Assembly (NCBI GenBank): GCA_027460535.1 | Contig: JAPZAR010000004.1 | Span: 1-32,000, forward strand | Source of the DNA: Candidatus Methanoperedens sp. | GTDB taxonomy: Archaea > Halobacteriota > Methanosarcinia > Methanosarcinales > Methanoperedenaceae | Reading direction: 5' to 3' | Length of the DNA: 32,000 nt | Shown here: piece after piece, positions 20,198-28,976 of the stretch | Layout of the letters: every line of letters begins with the position of its first letter | Numbering within the stretch: position 1 is the first letter of the stretch | Program-made: the position numbers and the translations under genes | Notes under the pieces: generated by a model | Seen by the model: the letters and a program-made list of their open reading frames with translations, nothing else | The model's database searches: none | Told to the model about the DNA's origin: nothing

Positions 20198-21079
20198 TCA
20201 CCTTAAACGGCGTAATATATTAATTATCAAAATTGAAATAATCAATTGTATACCTGAGAAACCTGGGGTTGTTTTTACAACTTCAGTTGGTGCAGATGCC
20301 CCTGATACATTAGTTGTAGTTTCTTTGATTTCAAAAACCTTATCGTAGCGATCTATAATTTTTCCCTTTTTAGTCATAAGTTTTGTTTCAACCATATATC
20401 TGCCGCTTCCAAGATTCTTGTCCCATAGAACTTCTATTGTTTTGTCCACATCGGCGGACGTGATCATCGGAGCATCAATTTCTTTTTCCTCCAAAATCGT
20501 ATCATTTTGCTTTAATAAGAAAATTACGTTGCCATCTAAGGGAACCATAGATTTACTTTTAATCGTTACGCTCGAGCCTATTCCATCACTTTGCACATCT
20601 GTAATTTCTGCATCGATTTCAGCCATAAAGGTTGAGAACGAGGTAGAAATGTACGTTGGCTGTTTTTCATTATCATATAAGAAAACCTGTGCAAAAGCCG
20701 TATAATTAATACCCTCCTTTAGTATTATCTTCCAGTTACGGCTCAATTCAACTGGTTCGAAAAATGAAGCTTGTTCTATTGTATCAGTAGAAATGATCTC
20801 ATTATCATGCACTATTCCAAATTTAACATCAACAAGGCTTGGATAATAAAGTCCATCCCCTTCGCCTGTTTTGCGCTGATTAGATCTCAAGAGGATCTTG
20901 AATCCATCCGAATTTGCGCTCATGCCATCGATATAGATTTTTGAAAAATATATTTCAGATATCTGGGAAGAATAATTTATAGGAATCAATATATGTTCCT
21001 CCTCAGATTTTGCGTTAATTAAAAATAGATTTAGTAATAAGATAAATATTAACGAAAATTTGATTTTATCCACCCTCAA
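20198..21079 (-). CDS. Secreted beta-rich surface protein with a PGF-CTERM archaeosortase sorting signal
   Basis: Signal peptide KIKFSLIFILLLNLFLINAKS. The C-terminus TTPGFSGIQLIISILIINILRRLR contains PGF, a hydrophobic helix and a basic tail. No recognisable catalytic domain. TTG/GTG start. Confidence 0.7.
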   Translation of the reverse strand: MRVDKIKFSLIFILLLNLFLINAKSEEEHILIPINYSSQISEIYFSKIYIDGMSANSDGFKILLRSNQRKTGEGDGLYYPSLVDVKFGIVHDNEIISTDTIEQASFFEPVELSRNWKIILKEGINYTAFAQVFLYDNEKQPTYISTSFSTFMAEIDAEITDVQSDGIGSSVTIKSKSMVPLDGNVIFLLKQNDTILEEKEIDAPMITSADVDKTIEVLWDKNLGSGRYMVETKLMTKKGKIIDRYDKVFEIKETTTNVSGASAPTEVVKTTPGFSGIQLIISILIINILRRLR

Positions 21080-21409
21080 TCATCCCTTTACTGTGATGGA
21101 TATTATTTTTTCTATCTCTTTTTCATTTATCTCTCCCATTGATATGATTCTTCCATCCATAACAACGACCGGAAATGACTCAATTATCGCAGGTAATCCA
21201 AGCTTCTCCACTTTGTCCCAAACATCGGGCCTTTGTTCCCGAACCATCTTAATTAAGATATCTTGTGTCACCAGCGGGTCAACTTCCATAAAATCAGCGC
21301 CCGCATCCTTGCATAAATTTTTTAGCTTCTTGGAATAATTTCTGTTTGCAAGCCATCTCGTTGCTGCACAGCAACTGGGAATCTGAAATAGTACTATTTT
21401 GTGTTCCAT
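21080..21409 (-). CDS. Small thioredoxin-fold-like protein with a vicinal Cys pair, ArsD-like
   Basis: ~109 aa. IVLFQIPSCCAATRW resembles the ArsD N-terminal FDPAMCC box, and ...LPAIIESFPVVVMDGRII resembles the ArsD LP..L.DGE segment. Alternative starts at 21421 (ATG) and 21436 (TTG). Sits directly downstream of the ArsA-type ATPase. Confidence 0.4.
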   Translation of the reverse strand: MEHKIVLFQIPSCCAATRWLANRNYSKKLKNLCKDAGADFMEVDPLVTQDILIKMVREQRPDVWDKVEKLGLPAIIESFPVVVMDGRIISMGEINEKEIEKIISITVKG

Positions 21410-21413
21410 GATA

Positions 21414-22322
21414 TTACCCATAAAGGATTTTTCCAATTTTTCTCATGTTCTCGATCCCTGTAATATCAGTTTCAAAGAGAGGCACCTCTTTCTTAGGCAA
21501 ACCCTTAAATCTCTTATCAATAATGCTCAGGTATTTGTCCTGCGTTGATCTTCGTTTTTCTAAAAACCAATTACCTTTGAGTACTTCGTTTGGTATTATT
21601 TCATTTATTATTAAAGCCTGGACTTTGATATTTAGCTGACTTAAGTTCTCTATAGCCCTCGCAGTTTCTTCAATAGGCAAGTTCTCCGGAAGCATTACAA
21701 GTGTGAATAAAGTGTTCCTTGTATCGGCTAACGTTTTCATTGCAGTCTCATATTTTTTTTGTTCGATTTTCAGGCTTTCTATTGCATTCCCCTCTTCCTT
21801 AATACCCAAAACTTTACTCAGCTCACTTCTATTTTTAAGCTGATTTGAAATATAATTAGCCCAATCAAAAGGCATTGCCAATTCTCTAAGTGTATGACCA
21901 GTTGGAGCTGTATCAAACACAACAACATGATCCTCGTCAGTATTAAGATATTTTACAAACTGATCGAAAGCAGCCATCTCTTCAGCACAGGGCGTATTCA
22001 TGACATCCTTTCCAAACAGGCCTGTGATTTGCTCCACAACCTCATTCAGCCTTGCCTGGAAAATGCCGGATGCCTTCTTAGGATTTATGTTAAGGCCGCA
22101 GAGATTTTTGATTTGTTTTATTTTCGATACCTCTGTTTCTCCAATTTCCTGTTCAAAAATTGCGGATAAGCTCACTGTAGGATCTGTTGCCACTATTAAT
22201 GTCTCATATCCATGGTCAGCAAGCCATATTGCCGTAGAAGACGCCATTGTGGTCTTTCCAACACCGCCTTTTCCGCCAAAGAAAAGAAACTTCTTATTGT
22301 TTATAAAATCTCGCATTATCAT
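21414..22322 (-). CDS. ArsA/Get3 (TRC40)-family P-loop ATPase, single-domain archaeal type
   Basis: Deviant Walker A GGKGGVGKTT and the family signature DTAPTGHTLRE. 302 aa. Confidence 0.85.
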   Translation of the reverse strand: MIMRDFINNKKFLFFGGKGGVGKTTMASSTAIWLADHGYETLIVATDPTVSLSAIFEQEIGETEVSKIKQIKNLCGLNINPKKASGIFQARLNEVVEQITGLFGKDVMNTPCAEEMAAFDQFVKYLNTDEDHVVVFDTAPTGHTLRELAMPFDWANYISNQLKNRSELSKVLGIKEEGNAIESLKIEQKKYETAMKTLADTRNTLFTLVMLPENLPIEETARAIENLSQLNIKVQALIINEIIPNEVLKGNWFLEKRRSTQDKYLSIIDKRFKGLPKKEVPLFETDITGIENMRKIGKILYG

Positions 22323-22362
22323 GATATGACTATCATGTATCTAAGAAAGAAAGGTTTTTACA

Positions 22363-22374
22363 CCTACATGTAGG
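22363..22374. promoter_or_regulatory. Perfect 12-bp palindrome CCTACATGTAGG next to a TATA-like TTTATA in the divergent promoter region
   Basis: Read directly. It lies between the ArsA-type operon start (22322) and the HTH_10 regulator start (22412), immediately upstream of GTATTTATAGG. About 8 such 12-bp palindromes are expected by chance in 32 kb, so only the position is suggestive. Confidence 0.25.
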
Positions 22375-22411
22375 ATTGTATTTATAGGACTTGCGAACAA
22401 AGTGCGATTCT

Positions 22412-23098
22412 ATGAGGAAAATGACCGTGAGTGTTTCTGGCAGTATTTTTCAATGCTGCGTTCCTTTAGCAAACATGGTTGATCGTCTTGAGATCATTTC
22501 AATTTTTAACTTTACACCCACCACTCACACCGAAGTTTGCAAAATTACGCTCAAAGATGGGATGAGCATACAAAGTCTAAAGAGCGATTTTATCACTGAT
22601 TTAATCATTATAGGGAATGAAAATAGAGACTATACGTGTTTGACTAAAGGCAATATCTCTGATGAGATTTCTAAGTTTATAGGAGAATTTGATCTTAAAC
22701 TTGTCTATCCGATTATTTTTGATGGCACTGCATGCCAATTTGGAGTTATAGGTTCACCAGAAGAATTAAATAATATCCTTAAAACCGCCAAAGAAATTGG
22801 GTGGGGATTTGAAATATTGTCAATACAAAAATATGACCCGCTTGACATAAACGCCTTTAGCAAACTTACTAAAAAACAAAAAGAAATATTGTGGCATGCA
22901 TATGATAATGGTTATTTTGATTATCCCAGGAAAATTAATGCAGAACAACTCGCAAAAAAGATTGGAATTCATAAGACAACTCTTCTGGACCATCTTCATA
23001 AAGCGGAAAATCAGCTCATGCGGAATATACTTGGAGAAAAAAGAGAAAAAATAAAAGGCAATGTTAGCGATGCCAGTATACTTCCGAAAAATTACTGA
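22412..23098 (+). CDS. HTH_10 (bacterio-opsin-activator-type) DNA-binding regulator
   Basis: The C-terminal LTKKQKEILWHAYDNGYFDYPRKINAEQLAKKIGIHKTTLLDHLHKAENQLM is the canonical HTH_10 module. The start is uncertain (TTG 22391, ATG 22412 or ATG 22421). Confidence 0.75.
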   Translation: MRKMTVSVSGSIFQCCVPLANMVDRLEIISIFNFTPTTHTEVCKITLKDGMSIQSLKSDFITDLIIIGNENRDYTCLTKGNISDEISKFIGEFDLKLVYPIIFDGTACQFGVIGSPEELNNILKTAKEIGWGFEILSIQKYDPLDINAFSKLTKKQKEILWHAYDNGYFDYPRKINAEQLAKKIGIHKTTLLDHLHKAENQLMRNILGEKREKIKGNVSDASILPKNY

Positions 23099-23252
23099 GT
23101 AATATATGGCTGCTTGCCAGTCTTTTATTTATAAAAACAGAATATTTTTCTTAGTCGAAGTCTTAAGAGATACCTATAATTGGAGAGATGCCAATGGAAT
23201 AATTAAGATATTTGGTCAATAGTATTTAAAAAAATAAAGGAATGGAGATATT

Positions 23253-23768
23253 ATGGAAGTGCTGAATGTAATACGATCAAGACGAAGCATAAGGGCGTAT
23301 GATTCCCGTGAGGTGGAAGAAGATAAATTGGAGAGGATTCTCGAATCGGGCAGGCTTTCTCCCTCGGCAGGGAACCGCCAGGAACGCAGATTTGTCATAG
23401 TTAGAGATCCCAGGACTCGACAAATGCTTTCTGAAGCGGCAAGAGACCAGAAATTCGTGGCTGCGGCGCCCGTAGTAATTGCAGCCTGCTCAGTTGAATC
23501 AGATTATATAATGTTATGCGGCCAGCCCGCTTATACCATTGACACTGCAATCGCTGTGGATCATATGGCCCTCCAGGCAGTTGAAGAAGGACTTGGCACT
23601 TGCTGGATCGGTGCGTTCGATGAAAAAAAGGTCAAGGAAATATTGAATATCCCTGAAGATGTGCGAGTGGTTGCACTTCTACCCCTTGGCTATCCCTCAG
23701 CTATCCCGGGCCCTGCAAAACGAAAAAGCCTCGATGAGATTGTTAAGTGGGAGAAATGGAGCATTTGA
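23253..23768 (+). CDS. Nitroreductase-family flavoprotein
   Basis: 171 aa with RRSIRAY, LSPSAGNRQ and WIGAF... motifs of the NADH oxidase/nitroreductase fold. SD GGAGAT. Confidence 0.8.
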   Translation: MEVLNVIRSRRSIRAYDSREVEEDKLERILESGRLSPSAGNRQERRFVIVRDPRTRQMLSEAARDQKFVAAAPVVIAACSVESDYIMLCGQPAYTIDTAIAVDHMALQAVEEGLGTCWIGAFDEKKVKEILNIPEDVRVVALLPLGYPSAIPGPAKRKSLDEIVKWEKWSI

Positions 23769-23877
23769 AGATTACAAAAATTCTGAATAGGTAGGTTGCT
23801 TATGGTGATTGCCATTTGGCAAAGAAAATAATTAACATACGATGGAGATATTCAAATAACGCAGCGGAAAGGCAAAT

Positions 23878-24507
23878 ATGAATAGCTCATCGAAAGAACA
23901 TTGGAATGAAATTTATACATGGTTAGAAACAGAGGAGTTGGGATGGTATGAAAAAACACCTGCACCTTCCATAAAGTTGCTATCTAAATGCCGTATTAGT
24001 AAAGACGAATCCATATTGGATGTAGGAGCCGGTGCTTCAACATTTATCGATCATCTTATTAATCAAGGATTCAAAAATATCATTGCGGCTGACATAAGTG
24101 AAATTGCTTTGAACAAATTAAAAGAAAGATTAGGCAAAGAAAAAGCCTCCATGGTAAGATGGATAGTGGATGACATTACTCAGCCAATTCATATCCAAGA
24201 TTTAAGAGATATTGCTGTGTGGCATGATAGAGCAGTACTACATTTTTTATTAGAAGAGAACCAGCAACACATGTATTTATCTACGCTAAAGAAAGTGATT
24301 AAGAAAGGTGGTTATGTTATCATCGCTGCCTTTTCATTAAAAGGGGCAAAAAAATGTAGCGGCTTGGATGTTAAAAATTATGATCAAAATATGTTGGCAA
24401 AATTCTTAGGAGAGGATTTTAGCCTGATTGAATATTTTGATTATACATGTTATATGCCTTCCGGTGAACCAAGACCTTACATATATGCCTTATTTCAAAA
24501 AAATTAA
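23878..24507 (+). CDS. Class I SAM-dependent methyltransferase
   Basis: Motif I ILDVGAGASTF, with acidic residues after beta2 (AADIS) and VDDIT. The substrate cannot be read from the sequence. Confidence 0.7.
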   Translation: MNSSSKEHWNEIYTWLETEELGWYEKTPAPSIKLLSKCRISKDESILDVGAGASTFIDHLINQGFKNIIAADISEIALNKLKERLGKEKASMVRWIVDDITQPIHIQDLRDIAVWHDRAVLHFLLEENQQHMYLSTLKKVIKKGGYVIIAAFSLKGAKKCSGLDVKNYDQNMLAKFLGEDFSLIEYFDYTCYMPSGEPRPYIYALFQKN

Positions 24508-24757
24508 GTATCTTTATCATATCGTTGAAGAGCATGTGAGTATCGATTTTTTCCTTCATTAGACTGTATTTTTTTAAATTACACCTAATATTTTTCCATT
24601 TAGTTTGAATGAATTTAAGCCAGTTTTGACTTTGAATCTATCAAGATGAGGTCTCCCGATAAGCCTTATATCAATAAGGAACAATTTGTTAATTGTGAAA
24701 TCATGGCGGGTGAACTTTTAGATTTATTGAATAAAGCGATTGCAAAGGAACTTGCTG

Positions 24758-25501
24758 TCAGCTTTCAAGAATTATTGTCTCTTTTCCAATGAAAACAAGC
24801 TGCTCGAATTTAGCCGCACGATCTTTATGCATTATGTAAGGTTCAATGACCCAGAGTCCATTCATAGGGGTGTTATTGTTTGATGTAATGAAAGGCCCAC
24901 TGATTTTGAAGAGCAAATAATTAAGCCCAGCTTCTGGGAATTTCTGCCACAGTGGAGGAATCCTGCACAAACGGTGGCCCATGGAAATAAAGGGAGGATA
25001 TGCTAAAGCATAGTCAGGGTTTTTACCTATGAGTTCCTGTGCCCAGCGGAAAAGTTCTGCAACGACCATTCCCTCTTTCACATGCCTGGCAATCTTCATC
25101 GAGACCTCACGCGCATAAGCAGCTAAAGCCGCAAGGTCAGGATTGCTGCCAATAACATGGTTTATCGAATAATCTGCCGGATAGTCGTTGTACACAGGAG
25201 CTATGTCTATGAGGACAATATCATTCTCCTGCACAATACGCGTATGTGTGGTAAAGTAGCTCGATGCCAGCGCATACGCACTTTTTAATTTCGTGCTTCC
25301 TTCACCCACACCTATGATAGGCATGTGCCAGTGCTGCTTGACACCATTTTTTTTTAAAACTCCAGCGGCGACCTCCTCTGCCTCCTTTTCCGTCATGCCA
25401 GCTTTGATATTGCCCACTATTTCTTCGCCTATCTTCCTGGCAAAGTTCCTTGCTCCCAAATATCCTTTAAGGTCTTCGTCCGAAAGTTTGATCTCATTCA
25501 T
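24758..25501 (-). CDS. M24-family (pita-bread fold) metallopeptidase-like protein, catalytic domain only
   Basis: 247 aa with a spaced D...D...H...E...E pattern (LIDIAPVYNDYPADYS, MGHRL, WVIEPY, FEQLV). There is no N-terminal creatinase-type domain. Confidence 0.6.
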   Translation of the reverse strand: MNEIKLSDEDLKGYLGARNFARKIGEEIVGNIKAGMTEKEAEEVAAGVLKKNGVKQHWHMPIIGVGEGSTKLKSAYALASSYFTTHTRIVQENDIVLIDIAPVYNDYPADYSINHVIGSNPDLAALAAYAREVSMKIARHVKEGMVVAELFRWAQELIGKNPDYALAYPPFISMGHRLCRIPPLWQKFPEAGLNYLLFKISGPFITSNNNTPMNGLWVIEPYIMHKDRAAKFEQLVFIGKETIILES

Positions 25502-25774
25502 GGTTTTGCCCTCCGTTTGGCGGCAAAAATGTCTTCAAAGCTTCCCTGAAAGGCACGAGCTTAAGGTCAAAAACTTCCTGCATTTCCCTTATATCGCAGA
25601 TGTTATCTTCCTGCAGCATTGTCAACTGCTGGGTAGTTATGGGTGGATTCTCCCGTCACCAGAATCATATTTCCACTCCGTAACGCAGGCTTTTGAATAA
25701 ATCATTTGATACAAAATTATGCCTGCCATTTCAATTCTGGTTCAGGATGATAAAGTTTATTCCTTATCGATAGA

Positions 25775-26320
25775 TTACTCCTTTCCTATCATTACTTCCG
25801 TGGCTTTCACGATAGCCATCACTTTATCATTCTTTTTGATATCGAGGGATTCAACAGCTTCAGTTGTGATAACCGCAGTTATCGTTGCAGGTTCTATCTG
25901 GATCTTCACCTTTGCCACGAGGTCCCCCTTTTCGATATCCAGTACTTTTCCCTTCATCTGATTTCTTGCAGATATTTTCAACCCAATCACCTCCCAGAAA
26001 GTATTATCATAGACAGTTTGACTAAGAATATTTTGATATGTAATATATTGTTCTATTAAGTTTATTGCTTTTTCGGTCAAAAATGTGCCCTGATCTTTTC
26101 CACCCCGTCTTTTGATTATTACAGGTTCCCCCACGCTTTCTTCGATCTCTTTGAGCAGGAGCCATGCATGTTTATAGGAGATATTTACTTTCTTGCAGGC
26201 CTTGTTCAGGGAACCCTCCTCTTTAATAGCTTCAAGTAAGGATACCCGTCCCTCACCCATTATGGGTTCATCTTTGTTATTTACAAGCCACAATTTTGCT
26301 TTAACCTGTGTTCGTTCCAT
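25775..26320 (-). CDS. ModE-like regulator (N-terminal ModE/LysR-type HTH + one TOBE domain)
   Basis: GEGRVSLLEAIKEEGSLNKACKKVNISYKHAWLLLKEIEE is the ModE N-terminal HTH. The C-terminal ISARNQMKGKVLDIEKGDLVAKVKI...VKATEVMI is a TOBE domain. TTG 26341 is an alternative start, 6 nt after the tupC stop. Confidence 0.75.
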   Translation of the reverse strand: MERTQVKAKLWLVNNKDEPIMGEGRVSLLEAIKEEGSLNKACKKVNISYKHAWLLLKEIEESVGEPVIIKRRGGKDQGTFLTEKAINLIEQYITYQNILSQTVYDNTFWEVIGLKISARNQMKGKVLDIEKGDLVAKVKIQIEPATITAVITTEAVESLDIKKNDKVMAIVKATEVMIGKE

Positions 26321-26347
26321 TGCGACCTTGATTTTGAACAAGTTTTA

Positions 26348-27076
26348 TCAATATATAAATTCTCCATTTATAAATGCATAGGACCTCGCGTCATTTGGAT
26401 GTGTGAATATCTGCTCTTTACTGTTTACTTCTATCAATTCTCCATTCAGAAGAATGCCCACCCTGTCAGCTATGCGCCGCACCTGATAAATATTATGCGA
26501 TGCCATGATAATCGTAGAGCCAAGATCGCTTCTTATCTTTCTGATGATATCTTCTATCTTCGCAACATTAGCTGGATCAAGATTAGCTGTCGGCTCATCA
26601 AGAAGAAGAACATCTGGCTTAAACACGATCGCCCTCGCAAAAGCCATACGCTGGGCCTCTCCACCTGAAAGGGTCAAAGCTTTCTGTTTCTCATACCCTG
26701 AAAGCCCCACAAGAGCCAGTGCATCGATCACCTTCTTTTCTATTGTTTTCTTATCCCCTCTGCGGATTACCAGGCCATAAGCCACATTGTTGAAAACCGA
26801 AGTGTTAAATATCGCAGGTCTTTGAAAGAGCATCGACATTCTGCGCATGACGTTATTTTTTTGCAGCATAGCGATATCATTCCCGTTAAAAATAAGTTTG
26901 CCGGTTGTGGGCATCTCCAACAAATTCAATAGCCGCAGCATTGTGGTTTTCCCAACTCCGCTAGGTCCCATGAACGCAAATATTTCTCCTCTGAAAATCT
27001 TAAGGTTGATATTTTGTAATACTTCCTTATTTCCAAAAGATTTGCTCAGGTTTTCTATTCTGAATAATTCTTCCAC
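26348..27076 (-). CDS. tupC: ABC ATP-binding protein of the tungstate-type transporter
   Basis: Walker A GPSGVGKTT, signature LSGGEAQRMAFARAI, Walker B LLLDEPTANLD. Placed in an operon with the TupA/TupB-like genes. Confidence 0.8.
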   Translation of the reverse strand: MEELFRIENLSKSFGNKEVLQNINLKIFRGEIFAFMGPSGVGKTTMLRLLNLLEMPTTGKLIFNGNDIAMLQKNNVMRRMSMLFQRPAIFNTSVFNNVAYGLVIRRGDKKTIEKKVIDALALVGLSGYEKQKALTLSGGEAQRMAFARAIVFKPDVLLLDEPTANLDPANVAKIEDIIRKIRSDLGSTIIMASHNIYQVRRIADRVGILLNGELIEVNSKEQIFTHPNDARSYAFINGEFIY

Positions 27077-27077
27077 T

Positions 27078-27818
27078 TCAATCCCTCCTCTGGAAATAGT
27101 TGGCCAGAATATTTACTGAGAGTACGATGAAGATAAGAATAATCCCGAGAGCAATTGCGGTTGAGATATCCCATTTACTGGTTTCCGATGTAATCGCGGT
27201 CGTGAGTGTTCGTGTCTCAGAAAGTCCTTCGCCTATTCCCCCAACACTTCCCGTGCGGGCGATGTTGCCTCCTACGATGAGGATGGCTCCCACTTCTGCA
27301 AGCGCCCTTCCAAGTCCTGCAAGTACTGCTGTGATGATGCCGAACCTTGCCTCTTTTAAGGTCGCAACAACTGCATCTTTTTCACTCCCGCCGAGAGTAT
27401 AAACGGTTTCTATTATCGATTGAGGGACGGCCTTTATTGCAGCAAGAGAAATGCCCGTAATTATTGGTGTAATAAGAATATACTGAGCAAGGATCATCCC
27501 TTTTTGGGTGTAAACCAGATCTAGGAATCCTAAAGGCCCGACAGGCACAACCATCAGAAAAACAACGAGACCCACAAAAACCGGGGGCAGCCCCATACCC
27601 GTATTGATCAGCGTAATGAGTGCCTGCTTCCCCCGAAAATGCATGAAGGATATTGCAAAAGCCAGAGGTATCGCGGTCAGGGTCGCAAGGATAGTGGCAG
27701 TGCCTGATACTGTTATTGAGACTCCTGTTATGCTCAGGATATAGGGATTCAAACTAAATATCAGCTCGAAGGCTTTTATAATTCCCTGGGGCAGAAAGTC
27801 AATGCTGCTCATATCCAA
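27078..27818 (-). CDS. tupB: ABC permease of the tungstate-type transporter
   Basis: 246 aa with ~5-6 TM segments and a binding-protein-dependent permease pattern. There is a 1-nt gap to tupC. Confidence 0.75.
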   Translation of the reverse strand: MDMSSIDFLPQGIIKAFELIFSLNPYILSITGVSITVSGTATILATLTAIPLAFAISFMHFRGKQALITLINTGMGLPPVFVGLVVFLMVVPVGPLGFLDLVYTQKGMILAQYILITPIITGISLAAIKAVPQSIIETVYTLGGSEKDAVVATLKEARFGIITAVLAGLGRALAEVGAILIVGGNIARTGSVGGIGEGLSETRTLTTAITSETSKWDISTAIALGIILIFIVLSVNILANYFQRRD

Positions 27819-27874
27819 CGTCTTCTTTTTTTATTCAAATTATTCTCAATTGAAATACCTTAGAAGGAATATTT

Positions 27875-28753
27875 TCATGGACTTGTCACGTTGCCGGCAT
27901 CTTCCTCTGGCACGAAAAGCGCTTCTCCGTATTTGTCCTTACCGTAATTCCTTATGATATCCTGTCCCTGTGGAGATGTCGTAAAGTTGACATACTTCAT
28001 TGCAAGTTCATACTTCACGTTCGGGAACTTCGCTGGGTTCACAGCCATGACGTGATAAGGATTGAAGAGAAACTTCTGGTCAGATTCGAAAAGAAGCTTC
28101 AGTTGTATTTTATCCTTCATGGCAAGGAATGTTCCCCGGTCGGAGAGAGTATAACCTTTTTTGATGTCGGTTGTCGTGATGGTCTCACCCATTCCTTTGC
28201 CCACCGATTGATACCATGTTCCGGCTGGAGTGATATTGGCTGATTTCCAGATTGACTTTTCCATTGTATCTGTGCCTGAGTTGTCGCCTCGCGATATGAA
28301 GGGGGACTGTTTTGCAGCAATCCTGCGGAAAGCATCCGTGGCATTTGTTGCATTCCTTATTCCCGCAGGGTCGTTCTCAGGTCCGATAATGACGAAATAA
28401 TTGTACATCATGTATTTGCGGTTGATGAAACTCCCATTGGCAACAGCCTGTAATTCCAATTGGACTGCGTGCACCATCACAACATCCGCAGCTCCAAGCT
28501 CACCCGTAGCTATAGATTTGCCCGTTCCCTCACATACAGTCAGAATTTTCACATTATTTTCGTTCTCGAATTTCTTGTTAAGCACGTCGAGCAATCCTGT
28601 ATCGCAGGTAGAAGTTGTCGTTGCCAGGCGCAAATCCTGCGAGGCAGATGATGTCGGGGTTGTTGTATTCCCAATAGGTGCCTGCTGTACGCAGCCAGCA
28701 AATAGCGATATTATAACTGATATCAGTAATATTTTTGCTAATAGATTTTTCAT
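27875..28753 (-). CDS. tupA: Periplasmic-type substrate-binding protein, TupA-like (tungstate)
   Basis: Lipobox-like N-terminus (LFAGC). The LATTTSTCDTGLLD motif matches the TupA TTTS...DSGL oxyanion-binding signature as I recall it. Confidence 0.7.
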   Translation of the reverse strand: MKNLLAKILLISVIISLFAGCVQQAPIGNTTTPTSSASQDLRLATTTSTCDTGLLDVLNKKFENENNVKILTVCEGTGKSIATGELGAADVVMVHAVQLELQAVANGSFINRKYMMYNYFVIIGPENDPAGIRNATNATDAFRRIAAKQSPFISRGDNSGTDTMEKSIWKSANITPAGTWYQSVGKGMGETITTTDIKKGYTLSDRGTFLAMKDKIQLKLLFESDQKFLFNPYHVMAVNPAKFPNVKYELAMKYVNFTTSPQGQDIIRNYGKDKYGEALFVPEEDAGNVTSP

Positions 28754-28867
28754 ATACTCACCGCCTTATATCCATTCGAACATAACGCTATTGTAAATAA
28801 ATTCTTCGAAAAAATTTCTCTCAGATTAACGGTAACTCATGATACCCTTCAAGCGTGTCGAATGACG

Positions 28868-28918
28868 GACGAATCGAGATGTCAAGCTATATGTTGAAGA
28901 TGTCCATTGAGATTCGTC
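28868..28918. promoter_or_regulatory. Inverted repeat GACGAATC-N35-GATTCGTC in the tupA / membrane-protein divergent intergenic region
   Basis: Read directly: 8 bp perfect, or 10 bp allowing one bulged G. It encloses two GATGTC direct repeats and a CTATATG core. An 11-bp palindrome GTATAATATAC follows at 28924-28934. These may be an operator or simply a promoter TATA. Confidence 0.2.
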
Positions 28919-28976
28919 GTAAAGTATAATATACAATGAAAACCAACTCTTAACAGGGGGAAAATATGGAGGTTTT

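Noticed and set aside
24646-24792. 48-aa plus-strand ORF whose ELLDLLNKAIAKELAVSFQ segment resembles the N-terminus of ferritin-like/bacterioferritin proteins
   Set aside because: Only ~20 residues resemble the family. The ORF ends inside the convergent peptidase gene. At best it is a gene fragment, and I cannot verify it without a database search.
25494-25619. 41-aa minus-strand ORF (MLQEDNICDIREMQEVFDLKLVPFREALKTFLPPNGGQNHE) ending in an ATGAATGA overlap with the M24 peptidase start
   Set aside because: It could be a coupled leader peptide or a relic of a lost N-terminal domain. It is too short and matches no family, so I cannot support it from sequence alone.
25293-25700. 135-aa plus-strand ORF overlapping the 5' end of the M24 peptidase gene
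   Set aside because: It is antisense to a gene with a recognisable fold, and it has no motif or ribosome-binding site.
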